Shown here: piece by piece, positions 54,786 to 64,000 of the stretch | Layout: each line of letters starts with the position of its first letter | Numbering within the stretch: position 1 is the stretch's first letter | NCBI GenBank assembly: GCA_964016885.1 | Contig: OZ024743.1 | Span: 253,642,001-253,706,000 of the forward strand | Length of the DNA: 64,000 bases | Direction: 5' to 3' | DNA from: Eledone cirrhosa | Lineage: Eukaryota | Made by a program: the position numbers and the translations under genes | Notes under the pieces: generated by a model | Database searches by the model: none | The model's input: only the letters and a program-made list of their open reading frames with translations | What the model was told of the DNA's origin: nothing

Positions 54786-57700
54786 ATGACCTCACTCAGA
54801 ATAGGCAGCATAAATGCGCGTGGCTTGGGGTCGTCATGGAAGCAGGGTCACCTGCTCAACGACCTCAGGTCACTAAACATAGATGTAGTGGCCATCAGCG
54901 AGACCAGAATCTCCGAAGCACGGGCCTTCGCACCGATCTTCGGCGGCTACGATGTGTACGCATCTCCCAGCCGTCCTGGATCGGGTGGAGGAGTTGCTGT
55001 GCTTTTTCGGAGAGGTTTGGATCTCGCCATACGGGCCATCTTCCTGGACCCAGAGGGTAAGCTGGTGGTGCTGGACGTGACCAGCGGAGACGGGCAAGCT
55101 TTCAGGCTAGTGGCCGTCTATGCCCCGACAGGAGCAGGGCGGCCTTTTTTCTTCCGGCGTCTGGAGACCTTTCTTGGAACGTCCCGCTCTTTAGTGTTAG
55201 TGGGCGACTGGAACGGGATCTTAGATGCACGCTGGGACTGTGTGGGATTAGCGGATAGGGGTGGAGGGTGCAAGAGCCTCACCAACCTGCTCAGGCGTTT
55301 TGAACTGTCTGACAGGTACCGATTGGATTTCCCGAATGTGCCAATGTGGACTTGGACAAACCGCATAGGGTCATCCAGATCATATCTAGATAGAGTATTT
55401 TGTAGGGAAATAGATAGGTCTAGCATAGGCTGTCCACAATTCAAGATAGTCAGCTACACGGACCACAAATTCGTGACCTGTGTGCTTGACTTAGATAGGC
55501 TTCATAGACGAGGACCCGGCTACTGGAAGCTAAACGCGTCCTTACCAGCGCGCAAGGCCTACAGAGACCGGATTAGCGAACTAGTTAAGCGGGCGTTGAC
55601 GGGAGCCATCGTCAACAACAAGTGGTGGTTTGCTCTGAAAAGAGCGATTAGAATAGAATCGATTAGGTTTAGTAAGGCTTTAGCAATAGAGAAAAATAGA
55701 GCAGAGGGAGAACTAGTTAGAAAATTAGACGAGGCGCTTAGCAAAGGCATTGCGACCGACGTGCTTGCGGCGAAATTGGCCCTTGACCAATTCTTCAATG
55801 CAAAGCACGAAGGCTGCGTTGTCAGAGCTAGGGTGCGTGCTCTCAGACACGAGGGGACGAAAGCCATTCAATGGGCCCGAGTGGCGGAGGCGCGTCGTGG
55901 TAACAAAGCCACGATCCGGTCTTTGGTGGACCACGACGGGCGCATGCTACTCGATCCCGGGCAAATGTGTGAAGCTTTTCAGCGACACTTCGCTCAGCTG
56001 TTCGGGGGCAGCGGGGGGCCGGGTAGAGGGATGGACTTTAGTGTCTACCTCGACGGACTGCCGCGGCTCTCGGCCACTGAGGCGAAGTGTTGCGAAAAGC
56101 CGATAACAGCCGCTGAAGTACGGGAGGCAATGACCGGCTGCACAAGGGGTAAATCGCCTGGTTTGGATGGTCTGCCCTATGAACTTTACGTACAGATGCC
56201 AGACTTGTTCGGAGGCCTCTTGGCGGACGTCTACTGCAACTGGCAACAGAACGGGAGAATTCCCAGTTCTGTGAGCCGAGGAGCGGTGGCACTGCTGAGA
56301 AAGGATCCGAACAAGGGGGATAACATAGACAATTTCCGGCCCATAACTCTGCTAAACACAGAGTTTAAGATTTTGGCCAAGGTGCTAGCAAAGAGGTTGG
56401 CGCTTGTCGTTGGTGGTCTGGTGGGAGAGGCGCAGACATGCGCCATTCCCGACAGATCCATCCACGACAACCTCCACCTCATGCGATACATCGTAGAGAG
56501 GGTAGCTAGGGAACCTGGCACGGGTGGGTCCTTGATCAATTTAGATCAGTCGAAAGCTTTCGATAGGGTCGACCATCGTTACCTAGCGGCAGACCTGAGG
56601 GCGGCTGGCTTTGGGCCCGTCTTCAGAGGCTGGATCGCTGCCATGCACAGCGACATCTGCTCTGTGGTGAGAGTGAACGGTCACCTGTCGGAACCGTTCA
56701 ACATCATGCGCTCGGTCCGCCAAGGATGTCCCCTCTCGTCCCTCTTGTACGTATTGACTCTCGAGCCATTACTGCACAAACTGGAGACGTTGAGGGGAGT
56801 CCCGCGCGAACTAGGATGCGGAAGATCCGTGTCAGCATATGCGGACGATGTCACCGTAGTGGTGTCGAACGCCAAACACATCGAGGCGATCGGCACTACA
56901 CTAAGAGAATACGAAGCGGTGACAGGAGCAATGATCAACCAGGAAAAGTCAGTGGGCCTGCAGCTCGGCACCAGGAGAGGCAGGTCCATACCGTCCAACA
57001 GCGTCGTCGGGCGCTGGACGGACGGACCGGTTAAATTGCTAGGGGTCTGGTTCGGTCCGGACCTCCAGACGGACAAAAACTGGGACGAGGTGACGAGCAG
57101 GGTGGCTTCTCTCACCCAGAAATGGGCGGAGAGGAAGCTATACCTGAAAGGTCGAGCGGAGGTGGCTAACGCGTACATCGCGTCTGTTATCTGCTACCGC
57201 CTAACCGTCGTACCTTGTCCTAAGCCTCGCCTGACTGCGCTGGAGCGTTTGCTCTTTCGCTTTTTGTGGAAGGGACGTGCTCCGATGGTCAGGCGGTCCA
57301 TCTGTTGTCAACACCCGCTACGTGGAGGGCTGGGCATGCCGTGGCTGATGATGCGCAGGCACGCGCTCAGGCTACGACATCTCCACCTCTTCCTCGACGG
57401 TGAACAGGTGTGGTCGCCGTTTGCTAGACGCGTTTTTCCCCAGCTCGTTTCCTTGACGGAGCTGCAGTCCTGGGTCAAGCGAAGACCGAGAGGGAGCGCC
57501 TGGAGACTGGAATGTCTTCAGGCGCTCACAGCCCTCGACCAATCGGGCAATGTGATCGGTGGAAACTCCACCTCGGCGTTCTATAGAGGATTAGTGGAGG
57601 GGAAGAGCGACGACGTACTTGGGGAAACTCTAGGCGTCGACGAAAATCAACTAGCCAATCTCTTCGGAAGAACTTTCGGGCCAGGGCCTATGGACAACTT

Positions 57701-58205
57701 CCAGAAATCTCTGGCCTGGCAGTGCTACCGAGGAGCCTTGCCAGTTCGGGATAAACTCTACAGGCATGGAGGTGCCGTCAGCCGGGCATGTCCGAGATGC
57801 GCGCAGGGCGACGAAACCGTCCTGCACGCACTCGTCCAGTGTCCGAAAATTGCTGACTTGTGGGTTTATGTCGAACACCTGCTGTCGCGTTTAGGACGGA
57901 TCCAGCTATCATCTGAGTCTATCGTGAGGATTGCCCCGCCCTCCTCCTTTAGCCGGGAAGGGCAGGCAGTTTTTATCTGTCTGGTGGCCATGGCGAAAGA
58001 GATAGTATGGTGGACACGTTTGAAAGGGCTGAAGACGAGCACTTACCTCTTCGGTGATGCTCTGATTGACTTTTTCAAATTTCATTTGAAAAGGAAAATC
58101 AGAGTAGAGAAGGAAGTGCTCTCTTCCCAGCATTTTGTTGAAAGATGGGTGAGAGAAGCAAGAATGGCCCGAGTGAATGGGCCGACTCTGAGTATATATC
58201 TGTAA
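54786..58205 (+). CDS. Tx1 ORF2p: APE endonuclease, RT, C-terminal zinc finger, 1139 aa, intact
   Basis: SINARGL, ISET, VYAP, GDWN, SYLDR, TDH, GYWKLN, KSPGLDGLPYE, DQSKAFDRVDH, RQGCPLS, AYADD, CPRC..ETVLHALVQC. Confidence 0.95.
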   Translation: MTSLRIGSINARGLGSSWKQGHLLNDLRSLNIDVVAISETRISEARAFAPIFGGYDVYASPSRPGSGGGVAVLFRRGLDLAIRAIFLDPEGKLVVLDVTSGDGQAFRLVAVYAPTGAGRPFFFRRLETFLGTSRSLVLVGDWNGILDARWDCVGLADRGGGCKSLTNLLRRFELSDRYRLDFPNVPMWTWTNRIGSSRSYLDRVFCREIDRSSIGCPQFKIVSYTDHKFVTCVLDLDRLHRRGPGYWKLNASLPARKAYRDRISELVKRALTGAIVNNKWWFALKRAIRIESIRFSKALAIEKNRAEGELVRKLDEALSKGIATDVLAAKLALDQFFNAKHEGCVVRARVRALRHEGTKAIQWARVAEARRGNKATIRSLVDHDGRMLLDPGQMCEAFQRHFAQLFGGSGGPGRGMDFSVYLDGLPRLSATEAKCCEKPITAAEVREAMTGCTRGKSPGLDGLPYELYVQMPDLFGGLLADVYCNWQQNGRIPSSVSRGAVALLRKDPNKGDNIDNFRPITLLNTEFKILAKVLAKRLALVVGGLVGEAQTCAIPDRSIHDNLHLMRYIVERVAREPGTGGSLINLDQSKAFDRVDHRYLAADLRAAGFGPVFRGWIAAMHSDICSVVRVNGHLSEPFNIMRSVRQGCPLSSLLYVLTLEPLLHKLETLRGVPRELGCGRSVSAYADDVTVVVSNAKHIEAIGTTLREYEAVTGAMINQEKSVGLQLGTRRGRSIPSNSVVGRWTDGPVKLLGVWFGPDLQTDKNWDEVTSRVASLTQKWAERKLYLKGRAEVANAYIASVICYRLTVVPCPKPRLTALERLLFRFLWKGRAPMVRRSICCQHPLRGGLGMPWLMMRRHALRLRHLHLFLDGEQVWSPFARRVFPQLVSLTELQSWVKRRPRGSAWRLECLQALTALDQSGNVIGGNSTSAFYRGLVEGKSDDVLGETLGVDENQLANLFGRTFGPGPMDNFQKSLAWQCYRGALPVRDKLYRHGGAVSRACPRCAQGDETVLHALVQCPKIADLWVYVEHLLSRLGRIQLSSESIVRIAPPSSFSREGQAVFICLVAMAKEIVWWTRLKGLKTSTYLFGDALIDFFKFHLKRKIRVEKEVLSSQHFVERWVREARMARVNGPTLSIYL

Positions 58206-58466
58206 ACTAAAGGTGGAAAACTGGGAGAGGGCACTTGCCTTGGTGGTCAGGGTCATTGTGGCTTTTTACTGGGCTTTCTCCACAAATGTCCCTCCGAAGT
58301 CTCCCCCCTATTGGGAAATTTTTCATTGTTATTTTCATTGTTATTTTTGTTACATCCTCTGTTTTTGTTTTTTTTACACGCAGAAATGCCCATTTGTACC
58401 GTCCTGCATTGTCCTGCACTGTCCTTAATGTCTACTTTATGTAAACCCTTGTGGTTAATAAAGAAA

Positions 58467-58516
<50 letters not shown>

Positions 58517-58517
<1 letters not shown>

Positions 58518-61500
58518 TTTGAGTCTCAGTCATTGATTGATGTTAGTTAACTGGAAAGTTTGTTGAAATGAATATATAGCCACTACCTGCAGCCTCAGAT
58601 ATTCAGGACGTATCGGAGTGTTCTTGCTGTTCCCAGCAAGCATGCCTTTTGAAGCGTTCCAAAAAGCGTGAAGGGGCCAATTTTCTTTAACCATCCCTGG
58701 AAACTTTTTGAGATAGTACCTAGTGCGCCTATGACAATCGGGACGACTTTGACTTCATGGCAGTTCCAAATCCTTTTTACCTCCCACTTTAAATCCTGCT
58801 ATCGGTAATTTTCTCCCTCTCCTTCTCTTGCACTCTCGTGTGAAATGGGCAGGCCACATCCACAATCAGGCACGATCTTTTTTCTTTGTCCACAACCAAC
58901 AGGTCATGTCTATTGAGGTCCAGTTTCTTGTCCGTCTGTATCCTAATATCCCACAGCACCTTCACCGAATCGTTTTCTATCACCGACTCTGGCTTATGCT
59001 CATACCACTTCTCAGAATGTGGTAAATTGTTTACTTTGCACAGGTGCCAGTGGATCACCCTGCCCATCACATCATGTCTCCAGCCCTTATAGTGAGTCTG
59101 GGCTAGGTGTTTACACTCGGATACAATGTGAGCCACAGTCATCTCTCTCTCCACCGATTCTGCACAGTGGGCTAGCCTCCTCCTTGTAGATATGGTGTTT
59201 CAACCACTTCGTTTTGAGGGCCTGCTCTTGCGCAGCCAATAGCATTCCTTCTGTAGCCTTTTTCAGGTCTCCTCTTTTCAACCAGTTCCATGTCTGTGGA
59301 TCTCTGAATTCAATTTTCTCAAAGAAGGTACTATGACGTGATTTTTCCTGAAGGCTGCTCTTTCTCCTTGTTATTTCCTTCTTGGACATCCTCTGGTCTA
59401 TTGTCCTCTCCTTCAGTACAGTTCTGAGCATTGGCTCCTTACTATCAGTCACGTATTTGTATAGGTTGTTTTTCTCCATCTGAACACAGTCCTCTATGCT
59501 GATAAGACCTCTTCCACCTTCAGATCTCCTTAAGTAGAGTCTATCGACATCACTCCTTTTGTTGAACATGTTGTAGATAGTCAATAGCTTCCTAGTCTTC
59601 CTATCCATTTCTTTTTGTTCAGCAACATTCCATCTCAGAATTCCCGCACTGTACCTAATAATAGACACAGCTCGGGAATTTACTGCACTTATGGCATTCC
59701 TACTGTTCAGATGTGACTTTAATACGCTCCTTACTCTCCGAATGTATTCAGTTCTTATCAATTCCTTCATTTTTTTGTTCTTGATGTCATCAGCCTCCAG
59801 ATCACCCAAATACTTGTATACTTCTTCAGTGTCAATTTCCTTTATCATCTCACCTGTTGGTACCTGGATTCCGTTACTTCTGCTCAATTTCCCCCTCTTC
59901 ATCACAAGGACTCCACACTTACTAATACCAAATTGCATACATATGTCATTGCTGAAAATACGGACAGTGTCAACGAGCACATCCAACTCCTTCTCACTCT
60001 TCCCGAAGAGCTTAAGATCATCCATGAAGAGGAGGTGATTGATGGTAAGCTCTCCCTTTCCCAACTTGTATTCTGCTCTCACTTTTCGCAGTATAATGGT
60101 CAGGAGCATCAGGGCAAGGACAACAACAGAGGGGACAAACTATCTCCCTGGAAGATACCTCTCTTGATCTTAACGCCTCCCAAGGATTTTCCAGCTGATG
60201 TTAACTCTGTTTCCCAGGACTTCATACTTTTGCCCAACAACTGTCTGATGTTATCTGCCACCCTGAAGATCTCTAGGCGTTTGGTGATCCAAGAATGAGG
60301 CACCATGTCAAATGCCTTTTTGTAGTATATCCATCCCATGGCAAGACCAGTGTGTCTCCTCTTGCAATTCCTCATTACCATCTTATCAATAAGTAACTGG
60401 TCCTTTGTACCACGGGACTTCTTTCGGCATCCCAAGTTGTTTGTGTGGTAGATCTCCTCAGACATAATGCTTGTCAAGAGTTTCCACATTACGGACAGAC
60501 ATGTGATAGGTCTATAGTTGGTAACATCATTACCCTTGATTCGGTCTTTCATTATCTGAACTGTGGTACCTTTTGTCAACCACTCTGGTACCTCACCTGA
60601 CATCAAGCAGTCATTGAACATGGTTGTCAGTTTCGGGTGGAGGGATGTTATATTTTTAATCCAATACCCCTGGGCCTGGCGATCTCCAGTTGGTTAGTTT
60701 TTTGGCCTGCCCCTTAAGAGTTTCAACTGTGATACTCAAATCAGTTTGTTGGTGTGCCTGTTCACTAATATCATTTTGTACTGTCTCAATCCACACTGCC
60801 TGGTCATTATGTTTAACATCCTGCTCCCATATTCCTCTCCAGAATGTCTGTTTGTTCCGCCTCAGGGATCAAGTCGTTGCCTCTTTCTTTCCCTTCAAGC
60901 TGTCCAAACAGCATCTTCTGGTTGTTGTCAAACATGCGGTTCTGTCTATACTGACTGACTTTGCTCTCCTATCGCCTAATTTTTGCACTCTTTGCTACAA
61001 TGCGTTGCTTCAGTTCCTCTATGATAATATTTAGCTTTTTCCTCCTAGTTTTGTACTTTATTTCCAGTCTATTTTTAGTGTCTATGTTTTTTAGTGTCCC
61101 ATTCAATTGGGACTCAACATTTCCAATGTCATTTCTCATTTCCCTGATTTGACCACTCAGTCGTTTCTTCCACCAAGGCTCTGATCTTTCTTGTTTGTTG
61201 TTTCCTCTCGCTTTTATACCAAGTAATTTCCTCACCGTATTTGCTGTTGCTTTGAGGATATTGTTGCACTGGTGAAGGCTCCTCGCCTCAAGGTATGGGA
61301 TGACTTTGTTTACCTTAGCTGTTGTTTCTTTTAACTTTTTCCTGTCTACAAATATTAGGTTCATAGGTTTCCCACTATCATTGTTCAATTCATCTACCAC
61401 TAAGTTTAGGATATCAACCAAATCTTGTCCTAGCCCATCAGCATTCATCTCCTCAATGGCCGTATCTCTGTTCCAGGTATTATTTATTTCAGCATTCAGA

Positions 61501-63360
61501 TCATTGTCTGCTTCGGATGGTTCCTCCCTTCTCTCAACCTCTTCACCTTCATTTCCCACTGGCTCGTTTGCCTGGAATACTCCACTTTCCATTTCAAACC
61601 TAATCTCTCTGCTCATTTTCTCCAGTTCCAGCTCGCTTATCCACCCATTAGTTCTTATTACTCGAACCTGCCCGGCCAATTTTTGATCATCAAATTTAAA
61701 TAAACCAATCTCGTTCCAGATGTTATGCATACGTTTCCTATAGCCTTTCTCTTTGGGGTTTCTCTTCGGGTAACATTGCATAACAGTTCTATTCAATTCT
61801 TTCGTCCAGTTGGTTCTGGTCCCTTTCCTTCTTCTTCTTCCTCCGACACCAGCAGCATTTGGTTGACAGCCAGGTCCCTGCTGCTGAGCCAGGGAGCACC
61901 TGCTGAGTGAGAGTCTGTCACATGACATTCCAGTCTCCACTTCACCGTTATTCGAACTGTTTAGATTCGACATTTAAACACTCTTATCGAGGATTGGTGA
62001 ATGCATGGTTACATAACCACCGGTGATTTCGTCACTCCAGGTGATTTTTGTGTGGCTCTATCACGCTGTAGACGAACATAAATAAACAAACAAACAAACA
62101 GGTAGAAAAAAAAGAAACAAAAAAGAAGAAGCTTAAGTTTCATTGTAATGCAATGTTTGAATGTCTGACTTAGAATTTCTACTCCCTTCTCTGTCCGTCT
62201 GTTTGTTTATCTTTTCTTTTCTTTTCATTTTTCTTTTCTTTACGTTTTTCGTTGTTGCTGTGCTGCTTCGATTTTGATTTTTGTTTTTTTGATTTTGATT
62301 TTGACCGGGTCATCAGATCAGTCTATTTATATATTTTGATGCCTTCCTCTTTTAGTGGGGACACTACGATGTAGCAGGAGGTAGTGGGAGAGAATAGCGG
62401 CGGTAGTGATAATGAGGCAGTGGTGGTGGTGGTTCTGGTGGTGCTGTGCTAGTAGTACTTAGCAGAAGGTAGTGGGTGAGAATAGCGGCGGTAGCGATAA
62501 TGAGGCAGTGGTGGTGGTGATGTGATCGTAGTACTGTAGCGATGGTGTTGAACTTGAAGTAGCATTTTTTAGCGTGGTAGTGGTGGAATTATCTTCTCTG
62601 TCCACCTAGTCATTTATCTATTTAGCTATTTAGTCATTTTGTCATTTTCCTCCTTTTTGACTCTAACATTCCTGATCCAAAATTAAATATTAATATTGTT
62701 TATTAATATTGTCTAGTGATACCGCCACCTTCCCCTTTCGTAAGTTAACAGAAGGTAATGGGGGAATAGCGGTGGTAGCAATGAAGGAGTGGTGGCGGCG
62801 GTGATGGGATAGTGGTAGCAATGATGGATGGAGTGGTGGCGGTGGTGACTATAGTGATGGCGTTGTCGTTACTGAGTTTTGTTGAATAGACTGTAGTTGT
62901 TTGATCGTTTGATCGGCGTATCTATGCGGTTAGTCGCGTATGTTTAATATATGTGTTAACATATTCCCTTAATATTGGATTTAAACATTTTGTGAAAACT
63001 TGAGACAATAATAATAGTAATTATTATTATTATGCTGGGATTGGTGGTGGTGGTGGTGGTGGTGAAATTGCCGTTATCTGGCTGTTATATTTAGTGTATA
63101 CAGAGGGTGATGGGGTAGGTGGTGTATCTAGTTTGTGTTGTTGGTGAAATTGCTGTTATTTGGCTGTTCTGTATAGTGTAGACAGAGGGGGTTTTCTTCC
63201 ATTTATAACCATTTTCTTTTTTGAATATAAAATGTATAATACAAAATTAAATATTTGAGTGATATAACAGAATATTATGGATCCGAATTTTTTTGATAGT
63301 TGAGTCTGTGCTTTATGCATCATTTGTACTAAGAATTATTTCACAATTGATTTAAATATG

Positions 63361-63362
<2 letters not shown>
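58517..63362 (-). mobile_element. R4/Dong-type LINE family B, second and more decayed copy
   Basis: Colinear with 43746-48232; ATG at 61973; several frameshifts and deletions; (TTA)n on both sides. Confidence 0.92.
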
Positions 63363-63504
<142 letters not shown>

Positions 63505-64000
63505 TCATTCACATCTTCAGCACTGTCTTTATCTCAACCATTCTCACTGATGTCACCACCACCACTATCATCATCACCAGTTTTAATAGATTCCTTAAAA
63601 CCTACATTCAAGACAACCAGGCATAATTTGAATTGTTACCAAAATATTACACTAATAGATTCACTTCAAAAATATAAAAGAAATGCAGATGAAAAAAATT
63701 GGAATATTCTTGACAGATATTCGGTTGCAAAATATAATTGAAACAATATATAAAATATAAAAAGTGAACATAAGAAACATATGTGAGCAACGTTATTTAG
63801 AATATCATTTCAAGATATTTCTTCTTATGTTAATGCAGACTTGTTCTAAGTGCAAAAAATGATAAATTGTTGTAAAGAAATGCAATCAATTGAATCAACC
63901 ACAATATATAACTGGTACTTATTTCAACGAACTATCATGGAAGAGGAGGTGCATGGCATAGTGAAGTGTTCAGCTCACATTTGGAAAGTTGTGATATGAA

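Larger units (their letters stand above)
52437..58468 (+). mobile_element. Full-length Tx1-type (L1 group) LINE in (TTA)n
   Basis: 5' UTR, ORF1, ORF2, 3' UTR with AATAAA (58457-58462), (ATT)n on both sides. Confidence 0.95.

Noticed and set aside
53793-57178. Antisense ORFs overlapping the Tx1, R4 and PLE coding regions
   Set aside because: Shadow frames of real retroelement ORFs.

Overview
Gene-free, repeat-dominated eukaryotic DNA, most likely cephalopod (Octopus-like tRNA-derived SINEs, huge (TA)n tracts; organism is an inference). There are two zones. (1) About 1-37 kb is (TA)n-rich. It holds a Penelope-like element (PLE; RT + GIY-YIG, 27563-30668) and about 20 type-I hammerhead ribozyme (HHR) motifs from roughly ten sequence families. 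These include three non-coding tandem arrays of 467, 538 and 591 bp with one HHR per unit (retrozyme-like) and several fold-back mini-elements. Two families carry the compensatory U3-A8 core variant. (2) About 38-63 kb is a ~25 kb array of LINEs joined by (TTA)n tracts: two R4/Dong-type RLE families (all on the - strand), a Tx1-type family (all on +, one copy with intact ORF1 and ORF2), and SINEs with (TTA)n tails. Nearly all other ORF-track entries are microsatellite translations or antisense shadows. All HHR folds were read by eye, not computed.
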